Notes: a model not told the origin generated them from the letters alone. 33,716 nucleotides of DNA from Intoshia linei (GCA_001642005.1 LWCA01000286.1:1-33716); one strand, 5' to 3'; positions 11,101 to 22,281 are shown, numbered from the stretch's first letter. Numbers and translations: made by a program.

Positions 11101-12135
11101 CTTCCTGAAAATGAGATTTAGATATGTTACATTAAGTTATTCTCCTTCTAATGAACTATACGACATTATTTATCCAATTCAGATTAAGCGTAGATATAAA
11201 AATATGTAAAAAATTCACATTTATTATTTATAAAAATTACAATACTGACCAATTCAGATTGGACATAGAAAACTATTATACAAAGAAGCGAAAATGACAT
11301 TAATAACATGAATATACATGAAATTATATTCAATACATCAAAAATTATTATAATAGTATTTTTAAGTTAGATTTTCAATCTGAATTTATTTTTTTGGTAT
11401 AATAAAAATGTGCCCTCGAAAGATCTAGGTGCTGTTTGTAAGTAGTACATAACAGTCAACCTAGTGTATGTATATTTATAATGCAACTATTAATTGCAGA
11501 TTCTGCAATCTGTCTAAATTTACAACGACCTGTACCATCGTACACTATACAATCACTTTATATGTAATATTTACACAAACGTTTATAAAAAATTACATTA
11601 TCACTCGATTCTTCAACAGAGTGAGTAGGAATAATATTTAGATTGTTTAAAATCTGATTATTATAGTTAGTCGTAGGTCTAAATAATGTACTACTGACTA
11701 TATACGACGTTATCAGTGTACAATCATAATCCGTACTCCTTATATATATCTAATTTAGACGCATTATAAATTGATGAAAGTGATTTAAATTTCACCTCTT
11801 TATGTTCACGGCTAGAATCTTTAATCAATTTATATTCATCTAAATATCGTTTTTTCAAATATTTTGCTAGTTCATAGATTTCGTATTTTCCATTCTAAAG
11901 CTGTACAACTATAAAATATCATTACTATTGTTAATTTATGTAGTCCTTGAGGCCAATAATCATAAATTCGTTCATTTTGTAATTCAAATAAGGGAGTACT
12001 ACTTCCATGTCGTGTAAACTAGACAGCTGGTTAATTTTATGGAACGTGTTTTATTTTTACCAACACAGTTTTAATTAACTGGTCGCTCTTTACCAGTTGT
12101 ATCGTCAACGCAAACAGCGCCACAATTTTGAACAT
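5187..12135 (-). CDS. Histidine acid phosphatase-like (ACP2/ACP3 family) type I membrane protein, ~424 aa, probably catalytically impaired
   Basis: 11 exons, all GT-AG and phase-consistent with no stops: 12135-12061, 12018-11926, 11894-11796, 11749-11597, 10100-10008, 7593-7507, 7420-7279, 6125-6043, 6008-5804, 5466-5350, 5314-5187 (1275 nt). Signal peptide MFKIVALFALTIQLVKS; FTRHGSSTP; WPQGLHKLT; KYLKKRY; IRSTDYDCT; IPTH; NFTIPEW; RMAGG; YGSCLMIEI; CKNPC; TM segment LTCFLSIFIVISVLLLLYIV; short tail containing YTLI. Confidence 0.88.
6574..7267. mobile_element. piggyBac-like termini flanking a composite intronic insert (tentative)
   Basis: TTAA|CGCTAGAACTACC at 6570-6586 and GTCTCGTAAGGG|TTAA at 7256-7271. 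The two ends are not a matched TIR pair, so they may be remnants of two elements. Confidence 0.3.
6802..7102 (+). mobile_element. Helitron internal fragment
   Basis: CTGATGCGGATTTTAAAATCATAAACATTATC...CCGAATAAGTGACGACTTCACGGTC...ATTCTGATAGAGCTT matches the body of the other copies. Confidence 0.8.
7819..8678 (-). mobile_element. Non-autonomous hAT element (Tip100-like) with transposase dimerisation-domain remnant
   Basis: Perfect 8-bp TSD CATACGAT (7811-7818 and 8679-8686). Imperfect TIRs CAGAGCTGTCTTAA / TTAAAACGATTCTG and subterminal GGCCC motifs. Minus-strand LFLNIEICMRMFLSMMVANCKSKRTFSKLKIIKNEL...QPRLNALFLMSI matches the hAT C-terminal dimerisation motif (ERSFSKLKxIKNxLR...RLN). Confidence 0.9.
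9057..9555 (-). mobile_element. Shorter deletion derivative of the same hAT family
   Basis: Perfect 8-bp TSD ACTGTAGT (9049-9056 and 9556-9563). Near-identical to both ends of 7819-8678. The left TIR has a 5-bp deletion (CAG-----TCTTAA) and the right end is TTATACGGCTCTG. It is inserted into an older minus-strand Helitron-related fragment (~8835-9056). Confidence 0.9.
10444..11464 (+). mobile_element. Non-autonomous Helitron, 5'-truncated copy with a ~490-bp internal insert (10857-11350)
   Basis: Body matches the other copies and shares the GGTTCCACCTGAAAC segment with the 4243 copy. 3' hairpin, CTAG (11461-11464), T. Confidence 0.78.
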
Positions 12136-13099
12136 TCAAAGTCAATTTATTATAAGTAAATAAGAGTTTTTTTATTTAATTAAAACGATAGCATATTATT
12201 TTATTTAAATAGCGTTTGGCACATACATACAATAATATTTGTCAATTAATTATTATAACAAAAATTTTATCAATAATAGTTATATTTATTACTAGTTAAC
12301 ATTATGCATTACGGCAGGGTTAGGTAGACTTTTTCATCTATAATATTGCACTATCAATATCATAATAATTACAAAACTGATGTGATAATAACTAAATTCA
12401 ATGCGATAACATTTAGCAAGACGATAAAATAACCACAAGCAATGTGATAATGAAATTATTAAGGGTTTCTGGTATATTTTGACCAACAATTAAATTGTAA
12501 TTAACCGGAAACGTAATATGGTTGAATCACACTATCTTTAATATATATTTTTAAGTTTAAAGTGTATATTTAAGAAAAATATTCGAATTTTCTGAGTTTA
12601 AATTAAAAATATCTGTATCTTATTCGCAGGTTCATTTTACCATAATATAGTTTCGAAATAAAAATATAAATTCATTTTAAAAATTATCATATTTATTAAT
12701 ACATTCAAAGAATAGTCACAGTCAATATAAAAATAGCTATTATCAATGTAAGAATAACTAAATCCAAAATGAGAAAAAATTTCAATTTAATTTTTATTTT
12801 AATGTTTTTTATAATTAAATGCATATATGTTAATTTAATGTTAATTATCATATTATATTAATTAAATTTCAAAAAAATATTCACAAATAGGTTTAATATC
12901 GAATATAATATAGAAAAATCATATTTTTAATAGTTTTTTTTATGGAAAAATTTAAAGGCAATGTATTTAAGTTACATTTAATAGTTATGAAGAGAGTCAA
13001 ACTCAAGTTTAAGGAACACAAAATTTCAAAAATTCTCATGTTCACTATTAAAAAAATAGAATCAAATAAGGAAAAATATGAAATTATAAATTTTATTAC

Positions 13100-15043
13100 A
13101 TACTAATCATATAATTAATGTTTGAGGGTTCTTCTTTTTTTTAAATTCGTATATACAATTTATTTTATAGCAAATATTTCACCAATTTTTCAGGAATGAT
13201 TTCAGTAACAAAATTTTCGAGATTATGAATAAGCATAATTGCTTCAACGTACCTAATTCAATTTGTTGAGGATATACGGTTTGATTTTTCATCAGTATTG
13301 GAACCAATTACTATACCTTCCTTGTTAATAATGTTGTTTATTATGAAATTCTCTTGGTCCACATATCATATGAAACAGTGGTTCCTATTACATTTCAAAC
13401 ATACTTATACAATGTATACTATATAATATACATATATGATAAACAAACTACCAATGCCAAACCTACCGTATCCGAGATTAGACGTCGGAGGGATCTCGAA
13501 GAAAAATTTTTAAAATGAAGGCATTAATTTGCTAAATTGACCATTCAAAAATCTGAAATATCATAAATAATTTGTATTTTAAATTTAAAATGCCAACTGA
13601 AGAGTCTTAGAGATGTGGATAGGGTTATATGATACAGTAGACGCTATTCATAACAACATTTTTTTGGTGTTGTAATGGAAAATGTAAACGTTAATATTAT
13701 GATTTTTATTATTATATTTTAAAAATTTCACTTCATTTAGATAATGTAAATAATAAATTTTATTTTACAAAGTCAACAATGCATAATACAATTTAAACAG
13801 TAAAAAATGTATTTTAGTTACTAAAAAATAGATGCGTTACCTATGATGTGTCACTTATGGAATGATTTAATTGTTGTACGAGGTGAAGTGATTTTCTATA
13901 CATTTACTATAGAAAATGTTGACAATTGAACATCATTTTTCAACGTGTTGTAATGGAAAATGTTGTTATGAATAGCGTCTACTGTACTACAATTCGTTAG
14001 CGAATTTTTTTAAATTCCGGCTCTGGGATCTACTATTCAACTAATTTAAATTGTTAATTAGATTAAATTTAAGGCACGTGAAGATTATTAACGTTATTCT
14101 GTCAAACTTCCCTTCATTTTGATGAAATGTTTACGCTGATTAATAATAATAATAAATGATCGATAATAAATAATATTCTAATGTACATTTATTGTTAAAA
14201 AAGAGTATATTTATTTTATTTAAAATTTTTCTTGTAAACCATCTATAATTTCCTATGGACCACTTTTGAAACCACTGATTATCATGGATACTTATTATTA
14301 TTAACATAGTATAGAACATAGTTAATATAATCGATATTTTTATTTCATTTTTGTTCGATATTAACATAGATGGACAAATTTATATCAAATTTTGATAATT
14401 ATCACAAGGTAATAATTCAATTCATTTTCTATTTATATATATCAACAATTTATAGTAATATCACCCTTAACATACCATGAATTAATTAAATTTTTTAAAA
14501 CAGGTTGCATAATCAATATCTGATTCTTTAGAGAATCCAATAAAAAGTGAATCAGCCTTTTCTTCGGTCATAGACACAAAAAATCAAACGGTTATCCTTT
14601 TATACGGTTTTTTAACGGTTATACTTTTTTTTGATTTACTACAAATATTACGATTTCAGAAGTGGCTAGAGTTTTGTTAGACCCCCGTATATAGTATAAT
14701 CCAGTTTCATCACAATTCCATACATCGTCTGGTTTATTTTCAGAAATTTTCTTTTTATTATATTATTCGAAAAAGAATTCGGAACGTTTATTAAGAAATA
14801 CAGTTAGTAAAAATTGATTTTTAGAAATGACTCAATGCTGACGTAAAAAATAGAAATTTTGGCCCATATAATACTTGTTATAATCTTAATTAGTTGTAAC
14901 GAAGTTTCTGTTTATATTTATGTAATATTTTGCGACTAAACCCCCATTATTTGTTAGTTGTGGTGATCAAAACTGTTCAGTTCGAATCACTATAGTGTTT
15001 GATCACTGATAAATATAAGCCGCTTCTTAGAAACCTTCTACTG
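13100..15043 (-). pseudogene. Highly decayed Tigger/pogo transposase relic
   Basis: Minus-strand KPDDVWNCDETGLYY..NKTLA (~14740-14665) and KRITV*FFVSMTEEKADSLFIGFSK (~14600-14525) match the pogo/Tigger DDD core (NxDETGL...ERITV...GEK..LxIGKS). A Tigger-like terminus TA|CAGTAGAAGG lies at 15045-15034. Weaker C-terminal-like pieces extend to ~13100, so the left boundary is uncertain. Confidence 0.6.
13635..13984. mobile_element. Tc1/mariner-superfamily (Tigger-type) MITE, 350 bp
   Basis: Perfect 28-bp TIR CAGTAGACGCTATTCATAACAACATTTT, with TA on both sides (13633-13634, 13985-13986). Subterminal direct repeat GTGTTGTAATGGAAAATGT at both ends. No ORF. Confidence 0.93.
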
Positions 15044-15188
15044 TATTAAAATATCAACAACATTACATCAATAATTAACGATCAATCATGAATCCTTATA
15101 TTATAACCATGGAAACTACAAACAAAATTTTAAAGCACTAACGGCAAGACAACAAAATAAAAAAAACTTGAATTGAATCTATTTTAAA

Positions 15189-18100
15189 ATGTCAAATTCT
15201 GAAGAGGAATATAATGATGTAAATGAAAATTACAACCAGGACGAAAAATTTACAATAAAGGAAATGAACTTGAATTGGCAAGGTAATCAACAACTAAATC
15301 ATAGCTTTCGTTCACATTTAATATAAAATATAGCCAAATCTGTACATTCTCCAATCGAAAATTCAGAATATAATTATGACTTAAAAGTGGATATTAAATA
15401 TGATCCAATGGAAAGTATCGAAAAAAATTCAGAACCCTTAAACAATTCAGAATATCCAAACAAAACAAATGATTTTGTGGGTAAAGTGTTGGAAACTATA
15501 GAAAAAGATTTAAATTCTCACAATGAAATTAATAAACTTTACAATGGTTAGATTCTTAAATAATGAACTTTTATTTATATTAATGTTTATCTTTTAGAAA
15601 CTGAAAATTATAATGACATGCCAATAAACATTCCAGGTAAGAATGTGGAAAATTCAGATGAAAACCATATTATCTCGGATAATTATGTACCGCCCGGTGA
15701 AGATTTTTCATCACAAACCTATTTTAATAAACTACCGCGTGAATCTGAAAATTTTGCTACGAATCAAAATGTATATTTCGAACCTCAGATGACGGATAAT
15801 TTATGTTCCGCAATTGATCCAAATTTACAAAGTCAATTTGTTGATCCAGAGAATAAAAATTACTATACAGAAAGGGGCCAAAAGCAACCAAGTGTACATT
15901 TGGATGCTGAACTAAATATTTCCAATGTTCAATCTGAAATTGATGTGAAACCAAATATTCATCAACCTTCATTTGACGATGAATTAGTTGATCTTGACAA
16001 TCAACAAAATAGTCTACAACAGTCTATACCAGAGTGTAACGAGAGTGCTAATTTTGAAAATATTTTGGAAAAAACTTTTAATGTACAAGTTGAAGGACAT
16101 GCCAACCATCCATATGAACCTTTTAATGAGGAAAATTTAAAAGATGAATTAATGGAAACGAATAAATTGAATACCGTGTACGAGGACGACCGAAAAGTCC
16201 ATTTAGATAAAATTCAGGAAACTGATATTGGATTTGCAGAGGAAAGTGGAAAATTGACGACTCAAACCGATCAAAATAAAATTACTTTTAATTCTACAGT
16301 GGTAGAAATAAATCCTAAGGATGTTGACGATGATAGTGATGACTCAATTCAACGGCTTAAAAAAAAATCTTATAACAATGACAATATCGACAAAAAAGAG
16401 AATAAGGTGTATGATTTTGATGTAATGTTTGAAAAAATTAAAAAAGAAAATCAAACTGGTAAAAAGCGTTATCGGCAGGACGGGGCAGATCTCTCCATTG
16501 ATATGGATAGCCAGATTTCAAAAATGATAGCAGATATGTCTACGTGTGCAACGGTACTTTTTAATTGTTTAATTCTCATTTTATGAAATGTAGGAGGATA
16601 GAGTTGCAAATACGAACGGTAAACCCGCAGTTTCCAAGTTGAAATATTTGTCATATATTATGTGCCAATTTGGAAAGTAAATTTGTATTTGTATATATAA
16701 TTTTTTTCTTCTATTGAGTCATGAGTCATGACTTTCTGATGAAGCATTCTTGCCAACATTGAAATACAATTCAAAATTATATTAGAAAAGTTGATCTTAA
16801 AATGATGACAAGTTTTTGAAAATGAGAATCGAGTAGCAATGATAAAAAAACCAAGATTAAATTTTAAGATTGAACTCAATATTTATACGTTAATTGTCAC
16901 TTTTTTTGAAATTCTAGGATGAATATTTTTCAATTTTGTTGATGATATATCTAAAATTATATTTGACCGGGAATCCGTAGACTTTTGTGGTTCAAAATTT
17001 TTCTCTATATTAACTGGAATAAACTGTATCAGAATAATCTTATTTTTTTTAATTTTAGGACCGTTAATTATTGCATATTTTTTGTTTTAACAAAATTAAC
17101 CAAATAACAAAAAATCAATAATAAAGTGTTTTTTTGAACGTCAAGGCGTCAATTTGCGACATTGATTTTTTTAAATTGTACAACTTAATTTTTAAAGAAA
17201 AGGGTCATTTGGGTTTTGGACCCTGAAAAAGTCAATTTCAAAAAATGAAATTACAGATAAAACATCACTCGAAAAATTATATTAGAAATTGGTTTTTTTT
17301 AATGGGTGTCTACTTAAATCCAATTATTTTTACTAAAAATCAAAATTTACCAACACTAAAAGGAAAAACCGAATTTTGCCATTAAAGGTTGGTAAAAGTG
17401 GGTTGTCCCATAAAGGTTAATAAAACTCGATTTTTCCATTTAAGGTTGGTAAAAGTAGGCTTTCCCATAAGGGTTGGTAAAATTGGGGTTTTAAGTAAAA
17501 ATGGTTGTTTAAGAATATTCTCTTATTTAATTAAATGGTAACATCTATTCAATTTTATCTTAGTAAGGATTATAAATATTAATTAAATTGCTCTGAAGGA
17601 TCATCTTCCACCCGCTAGGGTTAAGTGAATTTACATTTGTTTTATGTTGCAAACTTTAAATTATATAATTTTTAGGAGTTATCTACGAGATTATTTTTTG
17701 GATGCCAATGTATTGTCTGTTATTGTGGTATATTTAATTTGTACAATTATATTTTATAAAATTAGGAATGGTTAACTCCTCTACCAAACCGTAGTCTTAC
17801 ACACAAAAGCGTGCGTACAGGCATGTTAAAAGCACTGCTTTATTTTAAAATTGATTCAGTACAATCCTTGAGAAATTCTCAAATTGGAAAATCTGTCATG
17901 TATCTGTATAAACATCCTAAAGAAACCACCGAAAATAAAAAACTCGCAAAAAAATTGATTCGTATAACATTATTTGATTTTCTACAATTGTTTTTAGATA
18001 ACTGGTCCAGGATTATATTTAATCTTAGCATTGTCTACTCTAAAAACAATATTGAAGATTCAGATTTTGTCCATGAAAAACAAACTACCAGAATTATTTC

Positions 18101-18411
18101 AAATCGACCAAAAACGTATTTTTGAATCTAAAACTCAATTTATAAATTTTATTATAGAGATGAAAAAGAAACCGAGTAATTTATAGAGTAGCTTTAATTT
18201 ATATTTTATAGTAATTCTCAGCCTCAAGACACAAATTTCGATAACAGAGCCAGAGTTCCTCAAGTTCAACTTCGAGAGTACCGAAAACGCCCCATTTCAG
18301 GAATGATTAATGTAATTAATGATTGTTTTGTATTATATGTTGTATTTTTAGAAATCACCTTCCGCTCGAAAACAAATTAAATCTAAAATGAGTTTATTTT
18401 CAAAGAAATAA
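15189..18411 (+). CDS. IWS1: IWS1/Spn1 transcription elongation factor, ~629 aa
   Basis: 10 exons: 15189-15282, 15334-15546, 15598-16553, 16594-16676, 17676-17727, 17766-17961, 17998-18115, 18158-18175, 18212-18311, 18352-18411. Long acidic low-complexity N-terminus, then YDFDVMF, EDRVANTNGKPAVSKL, EWLTPLPNRSL, QIGKSVMYLYKHPKET, NWSRIIF and RARVP, typical of the IWS1 TFIIS-N domain. Confidence 0.93.
16915..17240 (-). mobile_element. Helitron fragment, antisense, in IWS1 intron 4
   Basis: AACTGGAATAAACTGTATCAGAATAATCTT...GGACCGTTAATTATT is the reverse complement of the Helitron body (AATAATTAACGGTCC...AAGATTATTCTGATAGAGCTTATTCCAGTT). Confidence 0.7.
17379..17492. repeat. Minisatellite, four ~28-29-bp units
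   Basis: CCATTAAAGGTTGGTAAAAGTGGGTTGTC / CCATAAAGGTTAATAAAACTCGATTTTT / CCATTTAAGGTTGGTAAAAGTAGGCTTTC / CCATAAGGGTTGGTAAAATTGGGGTTTT. Confidence 0.8.
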
Positions 18412-18438
18412 TTATTTTTTTATATATTTAAATAAATA

Positions 18439-20122
18439 TCATGTATTTTGTTTTTTATATGGGTTTTTGAATGATTTTTTTTTGATTACAGTCTTAATAA
18501 ACATCTAAATTTTGGTTATTTTATACGAGAGTGTTTACCAAAGTGTGTAGGTTTGTGGTGGTTTTAACGCTTGAGTCAATTTCTTTTTCTGTGACTTGAA
18601 TCTTTTCACTGTTTTCAAGGATTCTGTTAGGTGATTTTTCATCTTTGAGCCATTTGTGTTGAGTAATTTGTTTTATACTTAAACGATCTTTTTCGTCTTT
18701 TTGAAACATTTTTGCGAGCAAATCTATTAAATCTTCCCTTAAATAATGTTATACAGAAAAAAAAGTAAAAATTACAAATTTAGTAATATATATTAATATT
18801 ACATGGATTCGTCTTTTCGATGTGGATAATCAATGTCACATTTAGTGATTTTTTCTACCATTACCGTATATACACCGTCAGATTCAAACGGAGTCTAATT
18901 TTTTAAATTTGAATAGATAAATAATATTAAACTTACATTTCCATATATCATGATGTAAAGTGTAATTCCAGCGGCCCAAATATCTATTGCCTAGAAAATT
19001 ATTGTTGTAATTTATAATTAATTACCGGATGATTAGTGATATTTTTCGTGTTGTATAGTTCTGGCGGCATGAATTCTGGTGTACCACCAATTGGCGCTAA
19101 AGTGTCGCAATTGAATTCATAGCTGGTACTGAAATCTGTTATCTAAAAGTGTGGTAAATTAAAATCACTGAATGGTTGAATTTTATTGAAGGGTCAAATG
19201 TTTATAATGTATCAATTACAATTAAATTGTTACAAAAATCAATACCTTGACTCTATCATTGATTGTAAGTAGTAAATTTTCATTTTTAATGTCTCCATGT
19301 ATAATTCCGTGAAAATGCATGTAATTTAGCCCGCAAATGACATCAAAAAAGTATTTTTTTGCTTTTGATTGAGGTAAAGTATTTTCAGTAGGTATTTCTA
19401 TAATAGGTCTATTTTCGTGTGTACTGTATTTAATGTATGTGAAAATTACCCATTTTGCAGCAATTCCAAAACTAAAAATATTAATTAATAATATTCACTA
19501 ATTCAGTTACCCATATACAAATTGTCGCTGCCACTGTCATCAAACACATCAATCAGCTTTATAATATTTTGATGGTTCAATTTTTTGAGAATAGCAATTT
19601 CTCGGTACAATTGTTTCAAAATATCGGGCCTCTTACCTCCTTTCGCTACATTAATACAGAAATGGACATATATTCGTCTAGGGGTGCTCTTATCCACGTA
19701 ATTTAACCAAAGTTAAAATAAATGTTATAAAATTTTCTGTGCATTTTAGTATACTGTGTGGAAATTTTTAACATAAAGTTGAATGGAATATTAAATTCAC
19801 CAAAAAATACCATTGGAAAAGGTTGAATTTTGATTAGAATTATTTTAAAATTTAAACTTTACGCATGAATCCTTGTTTTCTAAATAATCGTTTCTTTGAT
19901 ATAATTTTTACAGCCTAAATTTTTTTTGAGTGAATTTCATTAATCAAATTACATATTCTTGATCATCTTTGGAGGCTAGTTTAACTACACCATATGACCC
20001 CTAAATGATTCAATTTTTATTTGCAAATAATATATTACGTCTCCCAATTTTGTTGATATTTTATAATTCTCACTAAAATTGTTTCTTTTTTCAGATTTGG
20101 ACGATTCACTATTTCGATTCAT
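18439..20122 (-). CDS. CAMKK: Calcium/calmodulin-dependent protein kinase kinase (CaMKK-like), ~343 aa
   Basis: 11 exons: 20122-20039, 20000-19953, 19914-19863, 19645-19511, 19471-19450, 19408-19246, 19142-19026, 18990-18937, 18894-18803, 18737-18539, 18504-18439. Motifs: LGDGSYGVVKLA, AVKIISKKRLFRKQGF, QLYREIAILKKLNHQNIIKL, DNLYMVLELL, GPIIEIPT, IIHGDIKNENLL, DFS, GTPEFMPPE, DIWAAGITLY. C-terminal CaM-binding-like segment QVTEKEIDSSVK...MFIKTVIKKKSFKNPY. Confidence 0.9.
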
Positions 20123-20452
20123 GTTTAAATTAATTTTTATCAAATTATTCTCATTAAAAATTCAACAAGTCAACATTTAGCCAAAAAAGTATTTTCTCGT
20201 TACACGATTAATTCAAGCGTAAAATATTTAGAACATGCTTAATGTTCTCTATCTTGTTTTTTGTTTTCAAAGTTTAGTTCTAATTTTGATAGTATAATTT
20301 GAAATTTTGAGCTATAACATAGCCTATATACGAATTTTTGGAAACAATCAATATAAAATTAATCATGGAAACTTGTAGTGAACTGGGATCATAGTACAAG
20401 AAGTATCTTAAACTTTTTATAAAAGAATTATATGAATTGTACAGTGTACAAT

Positions 20453-22280
20453 AGGGTGTCCACTTTTGATACTTTTTTTTAAGCTAAGAAAAGCCATTTT
20501 GTCTATATGTTCATTTTTTATTTTTAAACAACATTACCAAACAGAAATGAAATCGGTTAATATTTACCCCCCCCCTTAAATGTAATTATTGAAAATATCA
20601 ATTAAATAATTTTTTGATAAATAAAACTTCATTTACACATTAATAAAATTAATGTTGATATTACATTATGTAATTTACATAACATAATCGTTCATACAAG
20701 ATATTTCATTATTAAATTTTAAAACAATGATGTCAAATAAGCATTGTATATTTAAAAATATTAAAGTTAAGTTTTAAGTATATTATGTAAAAATAATGCT
20801 TCTTTTGAAAAAGAAAAAAAAACAAAAATTTCGATTTTGATTTCGAATGTCATAGATTGATTGTATGGATGAAGACTTTTATTTTATATGAAGGAATAAA
20901 TAGAAGAGGTTCATGTAAATCACTTGCAAAAGCTTCCATAATATCAAACGTTTCAGTCAAAAAAGTTAAAAAAAATATGTGAAATTGGGACAGACATTCA
21001 AATACCCTCTAAAAGCGGTATATTTAAAGCGCAATCTAAAGAGCTTAAAACTTCAAAAATAAAAATTCAAAATTTACTAGATTCTTTTGATGGAAATCTG
21101 TGCTTATATTTTGATGCTAAGAGAACCCAAAACTATAGCAGAGAAAATAAATGGCAGGAAAGGTTTGTTATTTGTGTAGAAGGAGAAAATAATTTTTACA
21201 TGTGCATAGCATTATAAGCATTGCCAGATGGAAGAGGAATTACAATGCATGATAGTGTAATAAAGACAATCCACTTTTATGGAATACAAAATAAAATAAA
21301 AATGATAATTACTGATACGACGAGTTCAAATACCGGAAAAAATAATGGAGCTGTAACAATGATAATAATTTCTTTAAATAAAATACTTGTGTATGAAGGA
21401 TGTCGCTTTCATATTTTGGATTTAATTATGAAGCATGTTTTTAATGATATATTTAATTTATCCACTAATAGCCCCGATATAAATTATCCTTTTATTTCTC
21501 TATTTGTGCAAATCAATGGTAGATGGAGAGATGATTATCTTGAATTATTCAATCTTGTTAATACTTATATAACTTTAAATCAGTAAATCCAATAATACAA
21601 TTTAAATCTCTTGGACCCTTATCTAATACGAGATAAAATAATAAGGCAATATATGCATTAAAAACGTATTTACTAGGATTAAGAGACGTAAAGATGACTG
21701 AAGTGTGCGATTTTATAGCCTTTCATTGGGTTACTCCATGGCTGACTTGTCGATATCAACAAATGGCTGATTGGAATGATTTAGAAAAATATCTGGAAGG
21801 TATCTTATAAAATATGAAACTGCTCATAAATGCATTTCTCGACATTGGAAAAAAATTAGAAAACCACTAAATGTAACTTCAACAAACGAAATATCAGAAA
21901 ATGCTCTCTCTCAAATGGAAACACTGAGAACTACAGCAAAATCAGACAAAAAGTTAGAATTGAAAGTTTTGGCAAAATGTAATAATTTGTATTTTTAATT
22001 TTTAATTGGCTTTAACTCAATTATAAATATTCTTAGATCGTACTAACTAAAGGAAAAAGTAAATCAAGTGTGCGGATTTATTTATATAATAGAATATTAA
22101 TTGTAATGATAAAATTATTTTTTTTGATATGTAAATAAAGTTCTATTTATCAAAAAATTATTTCATTTTTATTTTTAATAATTAGTTTTAAGGAAGGGGG
22201 GGTAAATATTAACCGATTTCATTTCTTTTTGGTAATGTTGTTTAAAAATAAAAAATGAACATACAGACAAAATGGCTTTT
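20453..22280 (+). mobile_element. Long-TIR DNA transposon with DDE transposase pseudogene (Spy/PHIS-like group, tentative)
   Basis: ~185-bp TIR starting AGGGTGTCCAC at 20453, with its inverted copy at ~22130-22280 cut by the N at 22281. Internal frame ~20990-21998: LCLYFDAKR...QERF...ITDTTSSNTGKNNGAV...GCRFHILDL...RDDY...SNTR*NNKAIYALK...TNEISENAL, with stops and frameshifts. Confidence 0.85.
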
Positions 22281-22281
22281 N

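Noticed and set aside
12320-13060. Several short exon-like or signal-peptide-like frames on both strands
   Set aside because: No recognisable homology or unique phase-consistent model. Hydrophobic frames are expected by chance in very AT-rich DNA.
14532-14668. Plus-strand exon-like frame ending in a hydrophobic stretch (VILLYGFLTVILFLIYY)
   Set aside because: It is antisense to clear pogo transposase motifs, and no consistent upstream exons were found.
14964-15006. B-box-like GTTCGAATC inside a GTGATCAAA...TTTGATCAC hairpin (possible tRNA/SINE)
   Set aside because: No cloverleaf, A-box or acceptor stem can be built. It lies in the subterminal region of the Tigger relic.
16714-16880. Box C-like ATGATGA in IWS1 intron 4 (possible snoRNA)
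   Set aside because: No properly placed box D (CTGA) with a terminal stem, and no recognisable guide sequence.
17379-17492. Regularly spaced ~29-bp repeats as a CRISPR-like array
   Set aside because: The units are contiguous with no unique spacers, the context is a eukaryotic intron, and there are no cas genes.
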